A DNA stretch of 62,997 bases, filler included, from Licmophora abbreviata (lineage: Eukaryota), in NCBI GenBank assembly GCA_900291995.1. It is 13 parts of 13 records of this genome, joined end to end, with 100 filler letters (N's around TTAATTAATTAA, not from the genome) between each part and the next. Parts side by side here need not be neighbours in the genome. Positions count along the whole stretch, not along the records: positions 27,012 to 34,491 come from OLMU01002544.1; positions 34,592 to 43,812 come from OLMU01002545.1; positions 43,913 to 45,542 come from OLMU01002546.1; 10 more parts are not named here. One strand, 5' to 3'. The notes under the pieces were generated by a model. That model saw only the letters and a list, made by a program, of their open reading frames with translations. It was not told the origin of the DNA and ran no database searches. The translations under genes were made by a program, and so were the position numbers. Shown in pieces: positions 33,181 to 45,252 of this stretch (within the stretch, counting starts at the first letter, position 1; each line of letters opens with the position of its first letter).

Positions 33181-34393
33181 ATGGCTTCCTCTGTGTCAGA
33201 TCAACACGACGACAGTGAAAAAGAGTACGCTGAGTACCGAAAAAAGAACCATGCAAGCAAAGGCCATGATGATCGCGGCGCCTCAGAAACACCGGCGCCG
33301 GATCGCCCTTCTGCAGTCAACACTCTCAAAGTATTAGTAGAACCAACGACCACGCATGAACACGACTCTGATGTTGACAATGAACCTGCCGACGATGATC
33401 ATCATGGGACGACTCCTGGCGACGAATCTCCCGTGATAAAGTCACCCAGCATCCGTCGACCCAATGGAAAGTATCCTAGTAGGAGATTCGCGCGCAAACC
33501 AAAAGTCCCCCACAACGAATCCTGAATTGCCGGTCGCAAGGGACCACCGGAAGGCTTCACGAAAGCGACCGCGGATCGATTCGATTTCCGGTCAAGGTAG
33601 TCGAGCGCAAGTCCGGCGAGCGGCCCGCTTGGTAGCAGACGAGTTGCGGTCTGGGAGTTGGCCCGAAGCTTCCGAGGGCAGTCATGTCAGGGCTGCAGAT
33701 GCACTGGAACACTTCGCACGAGACATCTTTCTACCTACTCTGATGGCAAGGGACGCTGCACGAGTGACTACGGATCGACCCTTCTTGGCAACCATGCTGG
33801 CACTCAGAGAGGTCATGATACAGAACGCGGAGATTATATTTGGCGATACGATCGAAAGCGACGATGCTGGTAGTAACCGCATTGATACCATTGATCTGTC
33901 GACGAGTGACGAACCATGTTTTCAGAAGAAACTCTACGCGACGAGCGTGGTCCTGGCGGCAGTCGATCGGCTCGGAGTGTCTCCGGCCGACGACGAACCC
34001 TACGAGACCGAGCTGCTGCGAACCCTGGAGTCCTACGATCGAGGCAGTGATGAGTTTGCGTTGAACTTGGAAGCCATAGGTCCACACGTGCAAGGGAGTG
34101 TCCTCAACAATGGGACAAAAGCGGCCATGGACGCCGAAGAGAATGTAACGTGGAAAGTGAGCTTCAATCTAGCGCGACGAAGACATCCGCTTGTCGCTCA
34201 GAAAGCCCTTCGTGATGATCGGGAACTGCTTCGACGGCGCGGTGTTTCTTTTGACTATGAAGAAAACCGCTGCGAAGTCTCTGTCCCCAACGCTTGCTAT
34301 GTAGCTATGGTGAAGAAAGTCAATGATGATGCTGAGCAAACAAAGGGGAACGCTAGAGTAGATGTTTCTGTGGAGTCTCTTCTCGATTTCTAA
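33181..34393 (+). CDS. Hypothetical protein in two overlapping frames (33181-33525 and +1 frame to 34393)
   Basis: Acidic disordered ORF overlapping a 309-aa ORF that has an NLS-like RKRPR; joined by a +1 break or a 70-nt intron, or two separate ORFs. Confidence 0.6.
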
Positions 34394-35075
34394 GTGTTCT
34401 CAATATGTTACAACGAGCTGCAGTGGCGCATTCCTCTCTTAGTTACTCTGCAGTGGCATGGTAAAGCCGTTGTTGTGTAGCTCTGCGCATCNNNNNNNNN
34501 NNNNNNNNNNNNNNNNNNNNNNNNNNNNNNNNNNNTTAATTAATTAANNNNNNNNNNNNNNNNNNNNNNNNNNNNNNNNNNNNNNNNNNNNGGTCGTCAT
34601 CAACATCTCAGTCGTGCTTTTGATCATGTGGGATTGAACTCGAACGAGTTCATACCAAATGACCCCTTTCCCATAATACTCCTATATAGCATATATTGTG
34701 CATGCTTTTGTATTCCAGTGCATCTTTCAAGAGCCACGAGACAGAAAGGACGCGCAAATCTCGACACCATGACGCGTATGATTGACATGAGCAAGGGAGC
34801 AACGGTTCGCTGTTTACTCCTTTGAAAGCAGGAGTCTGCCCCCCTGAACGATTGTCGGCTCGGAAACTGTATCGCAATATCCCATGAGATCGCGAAATGG
34901 ATCGTGTCTCCGAAACGAAACAGAGAACTCCATGGAAGGGTAGAATTGGCACTTGACACGATAGAAATCTCCACGTGTCGGATATGCTTCGAGACCATCT
35001 TCGACTTGACAATTCACTCCTCCCATAAAACCATTTCGTGCTGCCGAATCTTTTGACACGGGCCGAACATACATC

Positions 35076-36268
35076 ATGAAGATCCAGTCTCCCGCTGCAT
35101 CTGTGCTTGCCGTTGCGCTGGTCACCACCGCGACCGCTGATGCTTTCGTCTCGCCAAGCCCTTCGTTGAGCACATCTACGTTTGTAAAGCGAGGGCCTCA
35201 GACTTCTATTCGAGATGGCCCTCCCAATCAGTCGATGCTTCCTGCCCCTTCTCGACCGCCATCGCATCTGCAGATGAATCTGGTTGACCGGTTCGTCCGA
35301 GTTGCCAAAGGGAATATCAACAACGTTCTGAAGAACCTTGAGGCACCTGAGAAAATCTTGAATCAAGGTAAGTATCAGTTTGCACAACTACAACGGCTTT
35401 ATCTTTCTCTACTAAGAAACTGGCCCTTCCTTTTCTACGTTGCACGAAGCCATGATTGACATGCAGGTATGTATCGACATTTGTGTGCGTCTCTGATTTC
35501 TTCGTACTTTTATTCTCCGCCTTACCCAGTCCTCTTCCTATTTATTTTCTTTCTTAGAACGACTTGGTCAAGATACGCCAGTCGTACGCTGAAATTACTG
35601 CCTCGCAGCGCCGTCTCGAGCGTCAGCGCGACGCATCCATGTCTCGATCCCAAGATTGGTACGAGCGCGCCCAGCTAGCCCTTCGCAACAACAACGATAC
35701 TCTCGCCAAGGAGGCTCTGTACCGTCGTCAGCAGCATGTCGAGGCGGCGAAAGCCGTCCAGCTGCAGCTTGACACACAGGGTAAGGCAGCGGACAAGTTG
35801 TACGAAGGCATGCAAGCTCTCGAATCCAAAATTCAAGAGGCCAGTCAGCGCAAGAATGAGTTTATTGCGCGAGCCAAGGCGGCCGAGAGTACGCAACAGG
35901 TAAACGACATGCTGTCGGGCTTGACTGGCAAGACTTCGATGGATGCCTTTCGACGAATGGAAGAAAAAGTCGAAGCGCTCGAAGCCGCGGCAGAAGTGTC
36001 GGCCGAGATGGCTAGTGTTGCCACCCAGTTTCTTCCGGATGGTGGCAACCTTAGCATGGAAAATGAATTCTTGATGCTCGAAAGCTCAGCCGCCGTTGAC
36101 GACGAGTTTGAGAAACTCAAGACCAAGATGCTGACTGGGACAAGTACTAACCGTTCTACCGAAACCCGTAGGCTCAAGTCCTACAGCTCGTCAATCGAGT
36201 CAGAGTTTGAAAAGCTCAAAGCAGACGACGGAGTCATCAAGGTTCCGGTCAATGTCAAGAGCGGTTAG
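35076..36268 (+). CDS. VIPP1: VIPP1/IM30 (PspA family), plastid-targeted; exons 35076-35367, 35450-35466, 35558-36268
   Basis: ADA-FVS presequence, MNLVDRFVRVAKGNINN...PEKILNQ|AMIDMQ|NDLVKIRQSYAE, AFRRMEEKVEALEA. Confidence 0.93.
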
Positions 36269-36429
36269 ATAGTAGCAACAACACAAAAAGACAGTAGCGT
36301 GTGTCGTCCATGTCTGTCGCGTCTGCTGTATATGACGTGTTCCTTTCTCTCCAGCGTAGACGAGTAGAATGCAGAAAAGTGCTACGTCAGCAAGCCACGG
36401 CACGTTGCCTTACTTCTCTCTCTTCATGT

Positions 36430-37706
36430 TCACAGCAGATCCATCTCAGACGGGATTTCCAGACCCTTCTTTCGCAACAAGGCCTTGCCCAGCTTCTTTT
36501 GGGACAAACTATTTAGGATCCCTTTCATACGCAAGCAGTTCACTTCGTGATCATTGAGGTCTCCTGGTCGTAGCGGCCCTCTCCCCGTCTCTGTGCTACA
36601 CGCCGACAGATGCGCGAGCGTTACAGCCGTAGCCACCGACAAGTTGAAACTCTCCGCAAACCCACTCATGGGAAGTGTAAAGGTCTCATCCGCCGACGCT
36701 CTCATTTCCTCGGATATTCCTTCGCTTTCGTTGCCCATAATGATACACACAGGCCGATCGTCTGTAGTCCAGTCGATAGAACGAATGTCCTTTGAATTCG
36801 GATTCAAGTCCGACGCCAGTATCCGGTATCCTTCTTCCTTCAGTGATTCAATAGCTTGAGTCGTCGAAATATGATTTCGCAAGGTCAACCACTGCGCACT
36901 CCCCATGGCGGTCCTCATACCTCGCTTTTGCGATATGGCCGCCTTGCCCTTGTACTTTCCGGATTGAATCACGAGATCGACATATTGAACACCAAACGAG
37001 TCAATAGTCCGCAAGCAGGCCCACACATTGCTCGGATTGACTGGATTCTCAAATAGAAATCGACAGTGTTGCGTTCGCTGTGACAAGACGTCATTGATGC
37101 GGTCCAACCGAGAAGACTGAATGTAGGGAGAGAGTATTGAGGTGGCGGAAGCGACCCACTCGGGTGATAGTTTCTTCAAGACCGACGATTGGCGATTGAT
37201 TTCTTCTGCTGTCGCCATATCCTCTACGGACTCGGTCGCCACCAGTTCTTCCAGTTGCTCGGGACTGCGAATGGAGTCTAGCGGATCGCTGGCCTCGAAC
37301 CGACTGTCCCATTTCGGACTGTTCATGATATAGAAACCAATTACATGACATCACCATCACACACAGCAAAAGGATGAGCTAGCTTTGAGGGTTTGCACAA
37401 CGACCCACTCTTTCGATGGACTAACCTTTCCCCAAAGTCAAAGTTCTCCCATTCCAGCGGTACGGAACTGCCTCCTTCGTCGTTCATCGGTTCCGATGAC
37501 GCGGTGGTGGTACTACGACTCTTCCACCTTTGTCGAGGAGCCGAGCCATTGTACAGTCGGAGCGATGCTCTTCGAGCCAAGAGCTGAGGCTGGAGGGCTT
37601 GGCACGTAATGGAAACTCCCGTGCAGAAAATCATTATAATGAGATAGTGCGAAAAAATAATCAAAGCTCTATTACTGTGGCGATTGCTCGGTGATGATGC
37701 CATCAT
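36430..37706 (-). CDS. trmH: SpoU/TrmH tRNA (Gm18) 2'-O-methyltransferase-like protein with presequence; intron 37319-37425
   Basis: NPSNVWACLRTIDSFG, IMGNESEGIS, LPMSGFAESFNLSVA. Confidence 0.85.
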
Positions 37707-37880
37707 GGTGGTCCTTGCGCCGAAAATGAACGGCGGAGAAAAATTGGCCTATCATCGTAACATTTGACCCCTTCGACTACTTTAAGTCTTGCAGTCGCAC
37801 GTCGACAAAACTCTCGAAAGTTGATAGTGAGAAAAAGTTCGCATCTCCAAACTTCAAACTTGACACACACAAAATGAAGC

Positions 37881-40807
37881 ATGGCGGACCCAGCACCGGA
37901 AGCCGAAGGGAATCCCGCCGCAGCGTCACTCCCAAGCTGTGGAAGTGATCTCTGATGACGGAAGAAGTACTCATGATGATGGGACACGAGCATATCAACA
38001 CGATGCGTCGCAGAATGCAGGAGGAGGCTGGTTTCCCAATGGTCCGCACCAGCCAGGCTATCCCACCACCGCTGCGCCGCGGCATGACATGAGCCTCCAC
38101 CACCACTACTACGGTACAGGAGCAGCCTGGTATCCGTCACCACATCCTACGGCACAAGGACAAGATCCACATCACGCGTTCGTCATGTTTTACGAAAGTC
38201 AAATGCGAGACCATGCCGCTGCCTATGCATCTGCCGCGGCGGGAGCAGCGTGGGCTGCCGCTCAAATTGCCACCAAGTCGGATGCCGCTCCTCCTCCGAT
38301 ACTGCCACCACCCTCCATGCCAATGATGCATCCTGGAACAATGATGATGATGATGAACAATCATGGATCGTATGAATCTTGCGGGACGCAGCAGTGGGGG
38401 GCCGTCGGTCCGCCTCAGCATGTGCACTCTCATGAACATCAACAGGCGTTGCCGCAACCATCATCACTTCATGGAAACCACGATCGTCCCGATGAACATC
38501 CACGGAAAAGACACCAGCGGGGAGTTACCTCGTCCAAGCCTTCAGAAACTGTACATATAACAGCGGCGGCAGCTTTCAGGGAGCATCCTTCGGACGGTCC
38601 GAACAACCGTCAATCGTCGTCTTCCAAACGCGGTCGTCGTCGATTGCGGTCGGCCTTGGGCGATTCGTCCGATACGAGCAACAGTGCCGCGCGACACAAT
38701 CATAAGCACATGCGGCATCACTCGGGTAGCAACAATAACAGCAATTCGAGGTACGCAAGCAAGCGCGATTCCATGTCATCCTTGTTGGGTAAGACGGGTG
38801 TGAGTGCTATTTACGAGTGGTGTGACAAGCAACGTTGGCAGCCGCCCATTTTTGTGCAGCACACGCAAACTATGAAAACTCCAATGGAATTCGAAGTCTC
38901 GGTGGAAATTAACGGTGAGGAATGGGGAAGTGGAAGAGGTGGCTCGAAGGCTTCTGCAAAACAGGATGCAGCGCAGAATGCGCTAGTGAACTTGGTCCCT
39001 GGCGCTGTCTTTGACGACAACGGCTTGCTCGTGAAGATGCCATCCGACGGAGTCCAAGATGACTTGGCTCCCAATTTAGCATCGCGGTTGGCAATTGACT
39101 CATCCAAAAAGAAGAAGCGCCATTGGAATGTTTATCCTGGAACATCCACTACTACATCCGAAGATGACAACGAAAACAGCTACTATGCATCGCGCGGTGC
39201 CTCTGTTTGCAGTGCGCTCCTGCACACCATGTGGCAAATCGATGAGAGCTTGGTGGAACCACCCCGTTATACGTACGATATGATTCCGAACCCTGCCAGC
39301 ACGAACGCACAGTTGAAGCGAAAAGGCTTATCGACGGGAGGGCCGGTTGCGGTGCATCGATCGTCGTTCCGTTGTGTTGCACGGCTCGTGCGCCGAACTG
39401 TTGTTCCCAGTGATACAAAAGACGACGAGGGTGTGGTGTGACGGCGATGACCAGGTTCTACGAGAAAGAGTTCCTGACGAGACCGAAGGTTCAGAACAGA
39501 AGGATGATTCCGTGTCGTATGATACGCGAGACAAGGCGAAGGAGCTGGCAGCTGCAAAGCCTAATGACAGTGGCGTTGACACGCTGTCGGCGTTGGGCAC
39601 GGGTGCAACGAAACGCGAAGCACGGCACAAGGCATCGAGCAAACTCCTGGCCATGCTCTTCCCAGAATGTGATGGGATGGTGGAAGTGAAAGCCGCTGCG
39701 GAGGCCGCTAGGGAAAAGTACGCTGCGGCTCGGGCATTGAAGCACGTTGCGCGGAGGACTGGGCCCCACAAGCGCCAAAAACAAGCGCACGGAGAACGCG
39801 GAGCTCCAATTCGAAAGCGAAGCATTGATCTTTTCGTTCCAGATCCTTCTGAACCACCTTTGCCTTTGTACCTTCAGCGAGAGCTCCTGCGCTGTACTGG
39901 TCGTAGGACCATCGATATCGACTTGGACACGGTTAGCGTGGAGTCATTATCTTTGTCGGATAACGTTTCAAGTGCAGAACGGCGTGCGGAGGTAGATTCT
40001 CCCCTGAATGATCTAGTAGATTCGAACAGGACGGAGTCACGATCGCTGGAGCGCCACAGACAGTTGTGTCATCTGGTTGACAGTGTACTACATGAGATGA
40101 ATGAACTTGACGAGGACGGGAGAGTGCTTCCTGAGCATATCAACGATAGCGATGTGGGACGGACCGTTCTACGTCGGACCGAGCACCAAGACTTGGTGTG
40201 GATTCGGGAGCTTCTCTGCAAGAATGGTCTTGGTGTCAATGAGATCACCAAGTCAAGAGGCCCTCTGTGTTCTCTGATGATGGCGGACCAGTCGGTCGCG
40301 TCTACATTGTGGGGGCCTGTCACTGTTACACTTCTTCTGTGCAGAGCGATCGCCCCTTTTGAGGATCCACCGCTTGGCTTTGCAACTCTGGTGCTTGGAT
40401 TCTCAATGGAAGAGGGTCGAACTCTTCGTGTCGCCAGCATTGTGAGTGAGCCACACTTGCCGAAAGAACGCTTCGTAGAGTGTCTCGAGCGATTTGCTTC
40501 CCACATGAAATGCGATTTGCGTACGGCACCGGAGCCATCACCAGTTGCGCACAATATCAAGGAGCCCTTGGAGCGCCAGTTCGAGATCGATTTTCTGCAT
40601 TCTATTGTTACAGCCTATGCCTCGCGGTCGCTCGGCAGCCATCAACCAGTCGAAAGTAAACCTGGGGATTCTTCAGAAATCCTGGATATGAAAGCGATTG
40701 GAACATCTTTGCAGTCTGTGCAGGAGGAAGAGACAGAAGCTGAGGAGATCAACGCAGTGAAAGCGACAGCGTCAGACAAATCCAATAAGAGGTCTCGTGT
40801 GGCATAG
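37881..40807 (+). CDS. Double-stranded RNA-binding motif protein (2 dsRBM + degenerate GNAT-like C-domain), broken by +1 frame changes near 37935 and 39435
   Basis: dsRBM1 FEVSVEING..GSGRGGSKASAKQDAAQNAL; dsRBM2 ends GTGATKREARHKASSKLL in the second ORF. The start at 37881 is inferred. Confidence 0.72.
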
Positions 40808-40850
40808 CAATAGTGTAGAACTTGGCGAGGGCAGGAATGTTTACTAGGTT

Positions 40851-43800
40851 TTAAGCTGGCTTGTAAGGCGTTCCTGTTTCCACTTGATTGCGCACATGTT
40901 TGTGTAGTTCGCAGAGATACTCAGGGTAGTTGTGCTCGCTGCTTGTAGGGTCGTCCACCAGAGCTTTCATTATAACTTCTTCAAAGGGGTCTCGGTGGGC
41001 TTCGTTCGCAAGAACAACGATGACGGGTGGGTAGGTTGGTCTCACATTTGATTCACTCCCCTGTCCAATCGCGGAGAAGGTGCGCATTTGCCAAATTAGA
41101 CGATGGATTCGCCGACCTGACTCGGACTGCACAGATACATTGCAGCCACTTTCGTCCATCGTCAAAAGCTCGTTCTTGGTCGTTACGTGGGCACGGATAC
41201 CGAAGTAAACAAAAATCGTGAAACCATCGTCGACCAGGTATACGCCTTCCTCTTCTAAGGCTGCAATGCTTGGGTGGGTCGAGGCAGGTAGCTGAATGTA
41301 TCTTTGACAAGCTGCCATCTCGAGATCGGAGCGAGCCCTTGATGTGTCAGGCGCTTGCCAATCTCCAGCACCATCTTCTAGATTGATCAAAGGAAGAACG
41401 TACGGGTGCACCGTAAGCATAGACATTGTAGGTGAAATTGAAGCCCCGTAGAAAAGAGCAAAACTACGCTCGTCGGCGTTTGGAGAGGGATGCGTCGCTC
41501 GGTGACCAGAACCTCGTTTCGGCAAGCATGGGCGAAACATGGTACTCTTCAAGAGGCTCATACAGAACAGAGGTAGAAGTTTCAATCTGTCGGGCAATAT
41601 GAGCTGCCCGGGAGGTGATGCATGCGCGGGTGTGTGTCGCCGGTAACACGCAAGAATGTCTACACACCGTCTTGTGATCTCGTCACGCGCAGCCTTGAAA
41701 TGCGGTTGTGCACTGTCCGTCGTCTTCCAGACACTCGCAACTGCTTCCCTCACGATGAGCGACATGGTCGCCGTGAAGTCCACCGACCGGAATACATCGG
41801 CAACGTTTGAAGATGTCTGAACTCCCAAGGTGGAAACACGCACGCGTCTCTGCCCGCACGATGCAGTGTAGAGTAGTGCCGACTGATAGTACATCATTGG
41901 CGTATTCTGTGAAAGACCACCGATCTTGTGTTCCAGAACGATTGCGATGCTAGTGTCTGACATGACCGTTGACAGTTCTAGTTCAAAGGAATCCGACAAT
42001 GCGCTATCGACTGTGACACCCGGAGCAGTGCCGGACATGAATGACTTGACACGCATGCCGTCAGAGCATCGCACTTTGAATACCGCATCGCTCCCGGAAA
42101 ATGACATCGTTGGCCGTCTAATGAGGACACGAAACCAGTCGGGTAAGATATCGAGCACTTCCAATCGCATTTGCATCGATCATAGAAACGTACCGCAACT
42201 CTTCTAGGATCTGTTCTTTCCAATCCCGAGAGCGTATCCACTTCACCTTTCCGCAAGTTATGCGACAAAGTTCGCTCAAGGTTCCAATGTCGAGAAAGGA
42301 TGACGGGGATATCAGCGAATGCAGCATCACATCCAGCGTCACTCGGTTCTTGGCACATGTTTCGCCCAATGTCTTGTAGAACAGTGCGGTTTTCTCGTCG
42401 TCCTTATTCGACTGCAGCTGTAGCGGCATGTACAAGGTTCGTTCTAAGGCCTCCCTCGAATACTTTTCCATCTTGTGCGCTTCTCGATCTCGAATCGCGC
42501 CAACGCCAAAGTTCGGTCGTCGCCAAGAAAGCCATGTGCCCCTATTATAGAGGACGAAGAGAAGAACAGAGATCAGCGGTGTGTGACGTCTACGGCGTAA
42601 TTTCCACGAAAATTCCACCTCCAGAACAAGCCAACACGCACCTTCCTCCTGTTTCACTCAATGCATCTCCCAGGAACGCCAACGCAGCTCCCCCACATGA
42701 GAATGCATAGGAGGTCTGTCCATTTGCACTCGTTTGATCAAGAGAGTCCAAAAATGGCTTCCACACGTCCAACAGTCCATTCATCAAGTTTATCCAGTGT
42801 TCCAGTCCCTCCTCCGTCGACAAGTCGTGAGTCCACTCGTCCAATGGCAAAGGACAGAATGGTTCCACGGTCACATCCGGCATAACTGCCACCTCCATGT
42901 TTTGATTTCGACTACTATTGACAAGAACAACTCCAAACGCTCCGACGAGACAAACGCCAATCCGAGGCGGCTTGACGTATGGCGTTCCTTGTCGCCGCAC
43001 ATGCTGCGCCAACGACACTCCGACACTTTGCAAAAGCGGCACGTAGGATGATACATTGGGACACGTTGCGTCGACTGCGTACAGAAACATAGGCTCAACC
43101 GGTCTATCTCTCGTCACGTACGGTCCTCCAACCGCATACTCCAATGTACCATAATTGAACGCCATGGCCGAAGACGAGGCAATATCACGTCGATTGTTCT
43201 TGTGATTGCAAAAGTTGCACGTCGTTCCATTCCAGAAAGGATTCGCGTACGCTTGACACCGACTACACCGAGGTGGACCATCGCCACTATCCAGTGTGGA
43301 AAAGTCTACAGGCACCCGCATGGGATCGGTCCAATCGGAGGCTTCCTGTTGCTGCTGATTGTTTCTTTCTTCTTCCGATGCCAAGGGCAGTACTCGCTGC
43401 CTGGGCACATGATCCATACTCCCATGCGCCAGTGGCGTGCACAGCAATCCCAACTCACAGAGGCCTGTCTTCCGCCACACCCCACGATCCACAGGCATCT
43501 TGTACACGCTGCTTCGAATGTAGTCCGGAGCGGCATTGCCATCGTCGCAGCATACAAAGCGCGAATCCGCGTCGGGTGGCGGTAGACCGTTTAGCTCACG
43601 ACGAGTATAGTACACAGGAACCGGCGTGTCATGCTGCTGGGGGCGTGTGAACAATGGAGGGCGGGGTATTTGGGCGGGGTCTATCTTTTGTCTCGGAGGA
43701 GGAAGACCTGGTTGGCCGCCGTGGTTTGTTGGAATAGGTGGCGGCGGTCGAGTCACGGTGGTGGGAGGAGGCCGTATTGTGGAGGATGGTGGAGGTTTGG

Positions 43801-44605
43801 GATAGGTTTGGANNNNNNNNNNNNNNNNNNNNNNNNNNNNNNNNNNNNNNNNNNNNTTAATTAATTAANNNNNNNNNNNNNNNNNNNNNNNNNNNNNNNN
43901 NNNNNNNNNNNNAGGAGGCCGTATTGTGGAGGATGGTGGAGGTTCGGGATAGGTTTGGACTGGCGGGGGTGCTGGATATGAGGGATGCGTGGGTGGAAGA
44001 GGAGGTGCTGCACTCTGCTGCATCGACAACGGTGGAGGCTGGTGGTAGGGCCCTCCACCGTTCGTCGTGGCACCACTTCCGTAGACAGGGGGCTGCGATC
44101 TCATCGAGTGCTGCTGATAAACGGCCGACGGTGGGGGAGGCGGCGGCGATACCATTGATGTAGTCCTAAAGGGTGGAGGATTCGACGTCGTCATGGAAGT
44201 CGGAGGAGGAGGGAACGGTGAAGCTGCGGGTGGGTTGGTCTGGTGAGCTCGTGGAGGAGGAGGTGCGACAGAGGCTGCTGTTGTTGATGCCATTCCTGAT
44301 GGTGTATGAATTGTGCCAATCCTATGCTCCAGGCGGGGAGGCGGAGGAGGAAGAGTCGATGCTGTCGGTACAGGATGGGGAGGGAACGATCTGATGCTGC
44401 CATCGTTCGGTCGTCCAAGATTCATCGCGGCGAACGAGTCGGTCGTCGCCGCTGATATTGGGCGATGGGTAGGCGGTGGAGGAGCCGAAAACGGCATTCC
44501 TGGATGCGACTGATATCGTCCAGTCGTAGCCTGCCTTCCACTGTTATCATTATTCGTTGAGGAAACCGGAGGAGGCGGAGGCCATTGCGACGACGCCATG
44601 GTCAT
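40851..44605 (-). CDS. SEC24: COPII cargo adaptor Sec24; spans the spacer 43813-43912; introns 42542-42641 and 42118-42193
   Basis: Pro-rich N-terminus, KIDPAQIPRP, DDGNAAPDYIRSS, Zn finger PPRCSRCQAYANPF..CNFC, YQSALLYT..GQRRVRVST, GQLILPDRLKLLP. Confidence 0.92.
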
Positions 44606-44854
44606 CCAAGAAAAAAAGTGGGTGCAACACACACTTGGATTATCGCTGTCTCGCGCGCGTCGAACCTTCGGAACGGAATCCGGCGTTTTAGGAATCTTCA
44701 CTTCTGTTTCTTTGTGCGATGACTGTGAATTTACAGTCGAATGAATCATTCAAGTTCACTTGAATCAATCAATCCCGGGTGCTTCTCGCCGTCACAATAC
44801 ATTTTTCTCTTGGTGGGACAGCGACGGGTCTTTCTCTTTCATCGATCGATCATT

Positions 44855-45252
44855 ATGGCATACGTTGGAGCTGATGGCAAGGTGGTAGATCGCCGTAGCA
44901 ACTGGCGACTGAGCATCATTACGGATTTCTTTGCAGCCATCTGGAGCTTTTTCGCTCTCTTCTTTGCTGCAATCACCAATCCCGAGGCAGTCAAGGTATT
45001 TTCGTATTGCAGTAGTTATGCCTCTTAATGGAATACGGATATGGACATTCTCACGAACCTCATTTCTGTATTTACTCTATATTATCACTAATGTGCGAAC
45101 AGAACAACCAACGATCGACCTATGGTCAGCGCCATCAAGGGCAATCGTATCGTCGTTCGGACGATGATAGACGTCGGCCAGGGAGTAACATTCGGGGAGT
45201 GAATCGATTAGGAGCAGCGGATGCAAAAATGGCGGGCGGATGAGGCAAGTAA
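44855..45252 (+). CDS. SELENOK: Selenoprotein K, 96 aa; exons 44855-44995 and 45103-45252; in-frame TGA (Sec) at 45241-45243
   Basis: MAYVGADGKVVDRRSNWRLSIITDFF + single TM + G/R-rich tail ending MAGG-TGA-GGC-AAG-TAA, matching the SelK C-terminal MAGGUG(R/K) pattern. Confidence 0.9.

Noticed and set aside
33523..39441. TGA stops at 33523 and 39439 (and 3814-3812) as additional Sec codons
   Set aside because: The long continuations are in the +1 frame; in-frame readthrough at 33523 and 39439 meets another stop soon, and there is no selenoprotein-like context.
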